DNA from: a virus
Lineage: Duplodnaviria > Caudoviricetes
Strand: one strand, 5' to 3'
DNA length: 39,031 bases
IMG/VR virus record: IMGVR_UViG_3300030095_001135
Location: 1-39,031 of that record
Part shown: in pieces, positions 14,105 through 22,192 of the stretch
How the letters are laid out: each line of letters begins with the position of its first letter
How positions within the stretch are numbered: position 1 is the stretch's first letter
Made by a program: the position numbers and the translations under genes
The notes under the pieces: generated by a model
The model's database searches: none
Told to the model about the DNA's origin: nothing
The model's input: the letters and a program-made list of their open reading frames with translations, nothing else

Positions 14105-15528
14105 AACTCAAGGAACCACTTCTTCAAGATAAATTCACACCTGCTTTAGCTATTACAGGCAGAGTAGATAGCTGGTTAAAAGAGCCTACAAGACGTTATC
14201 CGATGTCCTGTACTGTATTCGTTGTGGAAGACACAATGGACGAGCATGAGGACGGCCTGGAGGGGTCGTGGGAGTTTTGTTCTAAAGCCTTGCGCTATGG
14301 AGCTGGTGTTGCTATCCATTTGAGTAAGTTACGTCCGAAAGGGTCTGAAAATGGGAAGGGACTTACAGCTTCAGGACCATGTAGTTTCATGGAGATCTAT
14401 AGTAAGTTCAACGAAACCCTTCGGAGAGGGGGAGAATTTAAAAATGGTGCGGTTTGCTGTCATATTGACTGGGACCATGCTGATATTCTTGAGTTTATTT
14501 CTTATGATCGTGCTCGAATACCTTGGGTTAAACGTTGCGTCAATGTTGATGAAAATGTAATTAACAAACCAACAGTTTTAAAGGCCATCATGGATGGTGC
14601 TAGTAAAGGAGATATATGGATTGTTAAGAAGCAGTATGACAAAGAAGGTGAAAGGATTTATCACAATGTATGTCAAGAGATTTTAATTAAGTCAAGGGAT
14701 ACCTGCCTCTTGAGTCACATAAATTTGGGTGGAGTTACTTCAATTAGTGAGATACCTAGTGCAATGGCTCATGGTATGGAATTTCTATGCCTTCTTTTCC
14801 AACAAACTGGTGCTGATCAGTCTGGTATTTATAAAAGAAGAGATAACCAAGTAGGTTTAGGGGTATTAGGTTTATCCAATCTATTAGCTATTGAAGGTGT
14901 ATCTTATAAAGCTTTTGTCTCAGCTCTTAGGTTTAGAAACTTACATCCATCATCTGAACCTCCTGCAGGTATAACTATGGCTCATTCAATAGCTGTAGCT
15001 TTAGATGTTGGATATAAAGAAGCAGCTAAAGTAGCTGAAAGATATGGTATGACTAGGGCTTTTACTATAGCTCCTACTGCATCCTGTGCTTATCGTTATA
15101 AAGATAGAGAAGGTTATACAGCTTCGCCCGAAATATCACCTCCCATAAGCAGAGATGTGGACCGTGATAGTAGTACTCTTGGCGTTCAAAGTTATCAATT
15201 TAATCCTAAGTGTGAGATTGCTGAAGAAGTTGGTTGGGATACTTTCTTTGAGTTGAATTGTGAATGGCAAGTCATGATGGATAAAACCAAGAAGGCTCAT
15301 GCTATCTCAATGAATTGGTGGTCAGATATGGTAAAAATGGACAGAAGTTTTATGGATAGATGGTTAAATTCACCGCTAAAAAGTCTATACTATTCTTTAC
15401 AGGTACAACCAGATACTCAAGACAAAACAGATATATATTCCGCACTAGGGGATACAGCTATTGTTGATGAGTATTTGAGTGAAATCCTGAATGCAGATAA
15501 CGCTCCAACTTGTGATTGTGCAGAATGA
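14101..15528 (+). CDS. nrdA: Ribonucleotide reductase alpha, short cyanophage class I type
   Basis: SCTV, NVCQE, TCLL, APTAS, class I SLYY dyad and C-terminal CDC; no ATP cone. Confidence 0.9.
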   Translation: MKLKEPLLQDKFTPALAITGRVDSWLKEPTRRYPMSCTVFVVEDTMDEHEDGLEGSWEFCSKALRYGAGVAIHLSKLRPKGSENGKGLTASGPCSFMEIYSKFNETLRRGGEFKNGAVCCHIDWDHADILEFISYDRARIPWVKRCVNVDENVINKPTVLKAIMDGASKGDIWIVKKQYDKEGERIYHNVCQEILIKSRDTCLLSHINLGGVTSISEIPSAMAHGMEFLCLLFQQTGADQSGIYKRRDNQVGLGVLGLSNLLAIEGVSYKAFVSALRFRNLHPSSEPPAGITMAHSIAVALDVGYKEAAKVAERYGMTRAFTIAPTASCAYRYKDREGYTASPEISPPISRDVDRDSSTLGVQSYQFNPKCEIAEEVGWDTFFELNCEWQVMMDKTKKAHAISMNWWSDMVKMDRSFMDRWLNSPLKSLYYSLQVQPDTQDKTDIYSALGDTAIVDEYLSEILNADNAPTCDCAE

Positions 15529-16235
15529 ACCCATACGATAAGCTACTTGCTAGAAAGAGGACATGGACTCCTGTAAAAACTAGCAAAGGATTCATAAAGG
15601 ATGAAGCAGTCGATGTTATTAAACGTGCTCTGGCAGTACGGCATATGGAGCTTCCAGTCGGGGATTATATCTCTGAAGCTATTGATGAAGTTCCAGAGGC
15701 ATCTAGAAAACTACTCCTGTCAAACGTTCAGGATGAAATAAAACATGACATTGCTCTTAACTTTGCTGTCGATGCTCATGGTGAAGATCCGCAGTCGGAG
15801 GCAGAAGCTTTCAAACTCAGAGACGCTTGGAACGCACACCCTGACCACACCATCCTCAAAGCCTTAGTAGCTGAACGTGCAATCTTCTTTGTTCTTCTCC
15901 CTATGTTTAGGTTCCTTGGCGATTCTGGTCTACGCACAATTTCGGCAGACATTTCGAGAGACGAAACCGTTCACGTCGGATCTAATAGCCTTGTATGTCA
16001 TGAGTTGGGGCTATCTCCTTCTCCTTCTTTGGATAAACTTAGGAAGGCCACCATTAACTGGGTTCTTCAACCTCTAGGAAAATCAGAGGATAGGTATTTG
16101 AATAAACAATTCTGGCTAGATCAGAGTGATAATCTGATGTATGCTGGAAAGGCAGAAGGTCTTTCTGATACTCGAAGAGCCAGAATGCCAGCGTTCTTTG
16201 AGACAAGCAATCAGGATTTACCAAGTTATGCTTAA
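15525..16235 (+). CDS. nrdB: Ribonucleotide reductase beta (ferritin-like, short)
   Basis: ATGA overlap with alpha; HMELP, DEIKH, AERAIFF, DETVH and a C-terminal Tyr. Confidence 0.85.
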   Translation: MNPYDKLLARKRTWTPVKTSKGFIKDEAVDVIKRALAVRHMELPVGDYISEAIDEVPEASRKLLLSNVQDEIKHDIALNFAVDAHGEDPQSEAEAFKLRDAWNAHPDHTILKALVAERAIFFVLLPMFRFLGDSGLRTISADISRDETVHVGSNSLVCHELGLSPSPSLDKLRKATINWVLQPLGKSEDRYLNKQFWLDQSDNLMYAGKAEGLSDTRRARMPAFFETSNQDLPSYA

Positions 16236-16845
16236 CAATGATAATGATTTAAGGCCAGCATATGCTTTTGCTTATGTAACTGAGCCTCAAGATATTAAAG
16301 AAGAAGAAGAGGTTAATTTATCTCCTACTGTTTTTAAATGGTTTTGGGTTGTAGCAACTATTGTTAGCCAAGTTGCAGCAAATAGAGCTAAAAGAAGAGC
16401 AGAACAGAAAGCAAAAAGAGATATAGATGCTGCAAATAAGGAGGTTCAAGCTTCACAACAGAAATACCAAGATGCAAAAGCATTAGGAGATCAACAAGTA
16501 AAGGCTCAAGAAGCAGCAACTGCACGACAAGCTGAAGCTCAAAGAATTGCTCAAGAAGAATCAGATGCCGTATTAGCTCAAACTAAAAAGGACACCTTTG
16601 CTGCAGAACAAGCAGCAAAACAAGAGATAGGTTATGCTAAAAAGCAATCACAACTTTCATTAGCTTCTGCAGAGGCACAAGCAGAGCAACAACTAGCTCT
16701 ACAACAAGGCTCTGAAGAGACTGGTTCAGCAGTAGGACAGCCTGGAGTTTCTTACACACCAGTTAAACAGACATCTTCTTTAGGTATTGGTGGTACTCAG
16801 GAACCAGATGAAGGTGTAGAAGCTCCTAGTGGTTTAACTATATGA
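16228..16845 (+). CDS. Ala/Gln-rich coiled-coil virion protein (gp6.7/gp7.3-like)
   Basis: ORF track gives 16141; ATG 16228 overlapping the nrdB stop is preferred. C-terminus SGLTI. Confidence 0.6.
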   Translation: MLNNDNDLRPAYAFAYVTEPQDIKEEEEVNLSPTVFKWFWVVATIVSQVAANRAKRRAEQKAKRDIDAANKEVQASQQKYQDAKALGDQQVKAQEAATARQAEAQRIAQEESDAVLAQTKKDTFAAEQAAKQEIGYAKKQSQLSLASAEAQAEQQLALQQGSEETGSAVGQPGVSYTPVKQTSSLGIGGTQEPDEGVEAPSGLTI

Positions 16846-17021
16846 TTCCTGTGCCTAATTTAACTAAAGAACTTATTGATTATTTGGAATCACTCTATCC
16901 AGATAAGGCTCCAGATATTAGTATGGAAGAAAGGCGTATATGGTACGTCACTGGTCAGGTGTCAGTTGTACGCCATCTAAAAGACCAGTATAATTTACAA
17001 GAGGAATCTAAGTACAACTAA
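16842..17021 (+). CDS. Conserved small podovirus protein
   Basis: Hand-translated 59 aa: MIPVPNLTKELIDYLESLYPDKAPDISMEERRIWYVTGQVSVVRHLKDQYNLQEESKYN; ATGA overlap. Confidence 0.75.
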   Translation: MIPVPNLTKELIDYLESLYPDKAPDISMEERRIWYVTGQVSVVRHLKDQYNLQEESKYN

Positions 17022-17027
17022 AATATT

Positions 17028-17513
17028 ATGTCTTGGTTAACAGCAGCCACTTTTTTAAGCGCAGGAGCTACCCTTTATTCAGGGTATAAATCTGCACAAG
17101 CAGCTAGGAGACAAGCAGCACAATTTGAAAGTCAAGCTGCTGAAACTAAGAAGCAAGCTGAAGCTAGGTTAGCTCAAATGAAACTCGATTCTAAACAGAG
17201 TCGGTTACAATTTGAATCTAATCTAAAACAATCCAAACAACAATCTGATCAATTAAAAGCACAAGCATTACAGGCAAAAGCAACAGCTCAACAATCAATA
17301 GCACAGCAGAAAACTTCATCTGCTTTAGCTATACAACAAAACAAATTAGCATCTGCTATTGCTCTTCAAAAGAATAAAACTAAAGTAGCTAGCCGTACTC
17401 GTAAAAAGCATGGCACTCCTACATCATTAAGAACTGGTTTATCTATGAAATCTGGTTTAGGTGGTTCTAGTTATTCTCAAGGATCTGGTACTGCTGGAGG
17501 ATTAAATGTCTAA
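17028..17513 (+). CDS. T7 gp7.3-like virion protein
   Basis: Directly before the portal; basic, with C-terminal GGLNV resembling the gp7.3 ending. Confidence 0.65.
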   Translation: MSWLTAATFLSAGATLYSGYKSAQAARRQAAQFESQAAETKKQAEARLAQMKLDSKQSRLQFESNLKQSKQQSDQLKAQALQAKATAQQSIAQQKTSSALAIQQNKLASAIALQKNKTKVASRTRKKHGTPTSLRTGLSMKSGLGGSSYSQGSGTAGGLNV

Positions 17514-19116
17514 AAAATTTACCGCAGAAGGTAGATATAGTTCTTTAGAGCCTGAAAAAAGTCTTTATCTAGATAGAGCAATTGAGTGTAGTAAATATAC
17601 ACTACCTACTCTTATTACTGATAACGATAGGAGTTCAGGTAGGAATGCATATACAAAAATCAATACTACATACCAAGGCTTAGGAGCTAGAGGTGTTAAT
17701 AATTTAGCAGCTAAACTTTTAGTTGCTTTGTTACCTCCAAACCAAGCATTCTTTCGTCTTTCAGTAGACGATATGAAACTCCAGCAGGAGTTAGAAAATT
17801 ATAAAGATTTACAATCTAATTTTGATCAGCAGTTATCTTTAATGGAACGTGCTGTAATGCGTGACATTGAAGAATCAGGAGATAGAACAGCATTATTTGA
17901 AGCACTCAAGCATTTAATTATTGGTGGTAATGCTTTACTTTATGTAGCTGATAATGGTACTAGAGTTTATCCACTTAAATCTTTTTGTTTAAATAGAGAT
18001 CCAGAAGGAAATATTCTTGAAGTAGTTGTTAGAGAAGAGATAAGTCCAGATGTGTTACCAGATGGTGTAGCTAAGAAAACACATGATGGTAAATATGTAG
18101 ATCAAACTTGTTTCTTATATACCTACATTGAGTGGGATCATAAGAAGGATAAGTGTTATTGGTATCAAGAGGCTTACGGAAAGCGTATAGGTCAACAAGG
18201 ATCAACACCTATAGAGAAATCTCCTTGGATTCCTCTCAGGCTTTATAGAGTTGCACATGAAGCTTACGGACGTAGTTTCTGTGAAGAGCTACTAGGTGAT
18301 CTTAAATCTCTTGAGTTTCTTTCAAAAGCTATCGTTGAAGGTAGCGCAGCGTCAGCACGAATTTTATTTCTCTGTAACCCGAATGGTACTACAAGGCCAG
18401 ATAGTCTTGCCAGAGCCGCAAATGGGGCCATTGTAGCGGGAAATCCAGACGATGTAGCACCACTGCAAATGCAGAAACAAGCTGACCTTACAGTAGCGTT
18501 AAATACTATTGCAAGGATTGAGCAAAGATTGAGCTTTTCGTTCTTACTTAATAGTGCTATTCAAGCTGGAGCAGCAGGACGGGACCGAGTCACTGCGGAA
18601 GAAATCAGAATGGTTGCAAATGAGTTGGAGACTGGGTTAGGAGGCGTATATTCTATACTTTCTGTAGAAATGCAGCTACCTCTAGTACATCGAAAGATGG
18701 CAATGATGGAGAGACAGAAACGTTTACCTAGATTACCAAAAAATATAGTTAAACCTCGTATTACTACAGGTCTTGATGCTTTAGGTAGAGGTAATGATAA
18801 AGCTAAGTTAATTGAATTTATACAAACATTAGCTCAAACTATGGGTCCAGAGACGATGGCTCAGTTTGTTAATACTAGGGAGCTTATCACTAGACTTGCA
18901 GCCTCAGATGGTTTAGAAACCTATAAGCTAATCAAGTCTGAAGACGATCTTGCACAAGAGCAACAACAACAGGCTATGATGATGCAACAGCAACAAGCAG
19001 CGCAAGATCCTCAAAATGATCCTGCAAAGCAAGCCGCACTTATTAAAGCTGAAAATGACTCAATCAGGACAGACCAAGAAACAGCCCCTCCAGCAGGAGA
19101 AGAAGGTGGAATCTAA
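17506..19116 (+). CDS. Portal / head-tail connector (T7 gp8-like)
   Basis: YTLP, GARGVNNLAAKL..ALLP, YGRS, RVTAEEIR, GLDALGRG.D. Confidence 0.97.
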   Translation: MSKKFTAEGRYSSLEPEKSLYLDRAIECSKYTLPTLITDNDRSSGRNAYTKINTTYQGLGARGVNNLAAKLLVALLPPNQAFFRLSVDDMKLQQELENYKDLQSNFDQQLSLMERAVMRDIEESGDRTALFEALKHLIIGGNALLYVADNGTRVYPLKSFCLNRDPEGNILEVVVREEISPDVLPDGVAKKTHDGKYVDQTCFLYTYIEWDHKKDKCYWYQEAYGKRIGQQGSTPIEKSPWIPLRLYRVAHEAYGRSFCEELLGDLKSLEFLSKAIVEGSAASARILFLCNPNGTTRPDSLARAANGAIVAGNPDDVAPLQMQKQADLTVALNTIARIEQRLSFSFLLNSAIQAGAAGRDRVTAEEIRMVANELETGLGGVYSILSVEMQLPLVHRKMAMMERQKRLPRLPKNIVKPRITTGLDALGRGNDKAKLIEFIQTLAQTMGPETMAQFVNTRELITRLAASDGLETYKLIKSEDDLAQEQQQQAMMMQQQQAAQDPQNDPAKQAALIKAENDSIRTDQETAPPAGEEGGI

Positions 19117-19285
19117 GCCAGCAGTTCTAGAAGAACCACCAAAGGGTAAGTCTAAATCTCCATATGAAATTCTTATTGAAGAGTTAAAAGCTAAGAAACC
19201 AGAAGTTTATGCACAATATAAAAGGGCGCTTCAAGCAAAAAAACCTGCTTGGGTGTATCCTGATCTAACTGTCCGTATTGGTTAA
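19055..19285 (+). CDS. Small hypothetical protein between portal and scaffold
   Basis: ORF track gives 19016..19285; start could be 19016 or 19055; stops 2 nt before the scaffold ATG. Confidence 0.6.
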   Translation: MTQSGQTKKQPLQQEKKVESKPAVLEEPPKGKSKSPYEILIEELKAKKPEVYAQYKRALQAKKPAWVYPDLTVRIG

Positions 19286-19287
19286 AC

Positions 19288-19920
19288 ATGGAAGTTAATG
19301 TTCAAGAGCAGGAAACCAGTTCTTTTAATGAACAGGACCAACAGGTCATTGATGGTAAGGAGCCTCAACAAGAAGGTCAGCAGGAGGAACTCATTGGTGG
19401 AAAGTTTAAGACTGCCGATGAACTTCTCAATGCTTATCAAGAGCTTGAAAAGAAACTTGGAGGTAATTCCAATACTGGGTACGAAACTAAAACAGAAGAG
19501 AATGAGGAAAGTGAGGAGGTTCAGACTGAGGAACCTCAATCAGTACAACTAAGTGATGAACAAGAAACCACCATTGTTGACAGTATTGGTGGTCAGGATA
19601 ATTTTAAATCTGCTCAGGATTGGGCACAAAAAAATCTAGATCAAGAAGAGTTAAACGCCTATAACAGAGAAGTTAATAGTGGAGATTATTTTCGTGCTAG
19701 GAATGCACTTCAATCTGTTTACTTTGCTTTTAGAGAAAATTCTGGTGTAGAACCTGAACTTGTTAGCGGTAGGTTATCTAATAACAGTACAGATGTTTAC
19801 CGTTCTACTGCGGAGGTAGAGAGTGCTATGAATGATCCACGTTATTTACATGACGCTGCTTATACAAAAGACGTAGAGGATAAAATGTCAAGGAGCGATA
19901 TACTTAGCCCTAGATTTTAA
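19288..19920 (+). CDS. Capsid scaffolding protein (T7 gp9-like)
   Basis: Acidic; GKFK...L..AY.ELEKKLG, GG...WA..NL, AMNDPRY..D..Y...V. Confidence 0.92.
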   Translation: MEVNVQEQETSSFNEQDQQVIDGKEPQQEGQQEELIGGKFKTADELLNAYQELEKKLGGNSNTGYETKTEENEESEEVQTEEPQSVQLSDEQETTIVDSIGGQDNFKSAQDWAQKNLDQEELNAYNREVNSGDYFRARNALQSVYFAFRENSGVEPELVSGRLSNNSTDVYRSTAEVESAMNDPRYLHDAAYTKDVEDKMSRSDILSPRF

Positions 19921-19935
19921 GGTATCATAAGTATA

Positions 19936-19987
19936 GCTTATGTAAAATTGTTGCCTCTGAGGAGATAACAGCAGTGGTGACGTAAGT
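19936..19987 (+). promoter_or_regulatory. Structured leader upstream of the capsid gene
   Basis: GCTTATGT/ACGTAAGT, ATTGTTG/CAGCAGT, CTC-TGAG-GAG; -10-like TATCAT at 19923-19928. Confidence 0.55.
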
Positions 19988-20024
19988 CTTATCACACTAA
20001 TCTATTTTTTTCTAGGTAATTTCG

Positions 20025-21437
20025 ATGCCTGATTTTTCATCGATTTCTAGATTAGGTAGTGTTAATGGCGTACAATATAACGCCAACGCTGCCGCTGGAA
20101 ATTATGAAAGGGAGAATGCGAACTTCCTGAAAATCTTCTCAGGGGAGGTACTAACTACCTTCAATAGGGAAACGATTTTCAAAGATCTAACCATGAAGAG
20201 GACGATCTCTTCAGGAAAATCCGCAGAATTTCCAATTACGGGTCGTTTTTCGAGTCGATATCACCGCCCAGGTGACTGGATAACAGGCCAAGGCAACAAA
20301 GGTGAGATTGGATCAAAAATTATTACAATTGATGATCTACTTGTCGCAGATGTCAGTTTGTATGATTTAGATGAAGCCAAACTTCATTGGGATGTTCGTA
20401 GCATCTACAGTAAGGAATTAGGAAGAGCTTTAGCAAGGAGCTATGATAAGCGTCTAGCTCGTACACTTCTTTCTGCTTCTGAGTCTGATGGTCGTGTTGA
20501 TGATTGGGATTCAAAGAGATTCCAGTTGAACGCTGCTACTTACGCTTCTGTAAGTACAAACACCATTACACTGTCAGCTAACTTCCAGACTGCTGAACTA
20601 AGCTACTGGGCTGTTGGTACAACTGTTTATGGTGAAGACTCTGGTGCTTATGCTGTTATAACAACAGCTCCAACTAACGGTGCTGCAACATTCGTTGTTA
20701 ACCCAATCAGTGCTATTGGTACTGGTGCTAACGCAGGGTTCACTGTTGGAGAGCGTCTATTCGTACTTAACAAGCTTCCTGGAGGAACATCATACTCAGG
20801 TATTAACCTGAATGGTGCTGCTGACAGAAACGCTAGAGGCGATCTTATTGTTGAGAACCTTTACAAAGCTTGTCAAGCACTTGACGAGAAGGATGCTCCA
20901 TCTGAAGGCCGTGTGGTTGTTCTAACCCCTGGCTCCTATTATGATGTCATCAACTCTGACAGAGCGATCAATACTGATTGGAACGGTGGTAGTGGACAGA
21001 ACGGAACCTTCAAGGGTAACAACGTTGCCCGTGTTGCTGGTTTCGAGGTTCGCCTATCTAACCATCTAGGAATTAACAGCTACACATCTGGTCAAACATA
21101 CGTTGGACTTGATAACCAAGCTGCTACAACTAGAGGTGAGCGTCCTAACTATACAAATAGTAGAGACGGTTCTGATGGACAAGCTGCTGCAGGATACAAC
21201 GATTATTGGCAGGATGAGCAAGGTAACACTTCAAGCGTTGCTAACTTGTTCGGTCTTTGCTTCACAAAAGAAGCCGTTGGTACTGTTGCACTTAAAGACC
21301 TTTCCATGCAGATGACTGGTTCTGAGTACAAAGCTATGACTCAGTCCACCATGATGGTTGCTTCCTATGCAGTTGGACACGGAATACTCCGTCCTGATTG
21401 CTGCGTAAGCTTACTTCATGATGGTAATCCATACTAA
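20025..21437 (+). CDS. Major capsid protein (T7 gp10-like) with insertions
   Basis: FLKIFSGEVLT.F, RTISSGKSA.FP, ITIDDLL, LDEKD.P, YAVGHG.LRP; 470 aa. Confidence 0.97.
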   Translation: MPDFSSISRLGSVNGVQYNANAAAGNYERENANFLKIFSGEVLTTFNRETIFKDLTMKRTISSGKSAEFPITGRFSSRYHRPGDWITGQGNKGEIGSKIITIDDLLVADVSLYDLDEAKLHWDVRSIYSKELGRALARSYDKRLARTLLSASESDGRVDDWDSKRFQLNAATYASVSTNTITLSANFQTAELSYWAVGTTVYGEDSGAYAVITTAPTNGAATFVVNPISAIGTGANAGFTVGERLFVLNKLPGGTSYSGINLNGAADRNARGDLIVENLYKACQALDEKDAPSEGRVVVLTPGSYYDVINSDRAINTDWNGGSGQNGTFKGNNVARVAGFEVRLSNHLGINSYTSGQTYVGLDNQAATTRGERPNYTNSRDGSDGQAAAGYNDYWQDEQGNTSSVANLFGLCFTKEAVGTVALKDLSMQMTGSEYKAMTQSTMMVASYAVGHGILRPDCCVSLLHDGNPY

Positions 21438-21470
21438 ACTGTAAGTTTCAGTTAAAACCTAATACAATAA

Positions 21471-21496
21471 GGGGAGGCGTAAAGTTTCCCCTTTTT
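21471..21496 (+). terminator. Terminator after the capsid gene (T-phi position)
   Basis: GGGGAGGC-GTAAA-GTTTCCCC-TTTTT. Confidence 0.85.
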
Positions 21497-21556
21497 GTTT
21501 AATATGAGAGGCTCAGGACGTAATAACAAATTTCCACTTGATCACATTTCAACATA

Positions 21557-22192
21557 ATGGCTACTACAAAACTCAAGGCAGTAAATACTCTTTTGTCGGT
21601 TATAGGTGAATCTCCTGTTAACTCTTTAACTCCACCTTTAACTGGGGATGTAAGTCTAGCAGAAACTATTATTGATGAAATTAGTACAGAAGTACAGACT
21701 GAAGGATGGTCATGGAATACTAGACTATATGATGCAATACCTTTAGATGCCAGTGGACATTCAAGTTTGGCAAGCAGCACCCTTGCTGTACGTTTTAATC
21801 CCCTCTCTTATCCTTCACAACGTTTTGTTCTTCGTGGTACTAAGTTATATGATCGAGTAAAAAGTACATATGATTTAAGAACAAGTTTATCTGTAGCAAT
21901 GACTGGTAGCACCAGTGATTTAATAGCTCAGGTTGTAGAAGAACTAGATTGGGATTCAATACCTGAGTCAGGAAGACGTTATATTATGATTAGAGCAGCA
22001 CGTATCTATGCAAATAGAATCGTAACTTCAAGTAGTATAGAAGCTTACACAGCAGAAGATGAAGAAAGAGCACTTCAGAATCTAAAACGAACTGAAGATA
22101 TGGCACAAAATCATAACTTTATTAGTGGTCCTAATGATATGTATGGTGGTCGTGTAACTACAACTTTTGGTCCTGATATACTAAACCGCTAA
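21557..22192 (+). CDS. Tail tubular protein A (T7 gp11-like)
   Basis: L.AVN.LL..IGESPV..L, VQ.EGW.WN, YI..RAAR. Confidence 0.95.
   Translation: MATTKLKAVNTLLSVIGESPVNSLTPPLTGDVSLAETIIDEISTEVQTEGWSWNTRLYDAIPLDASGHSSLASSTLAVRFNPLSYPSQRFVLRGTKLYDRVKSTYDLRTSLSVAMTGSTSDLIAQVVEELDWDSIPESGRRYIMIRAARIYANRIVTSSSIEAYTAEDEERALQNLKRTEDMAQNHNFISGPNDMYGGRVTTTFGPDILNR

Noticed and set aside
14101-15528. Class II (B12) RNR call
   Set aside because: The YY dyad and the adjacent ferritin-like beta gene indicate class I.
21400-21502. T7 gp10B-style -1 frameshift extension of the capsid
   Set aside because: The -1 frame has stops just before the capsid end and no slippery sequence is present.
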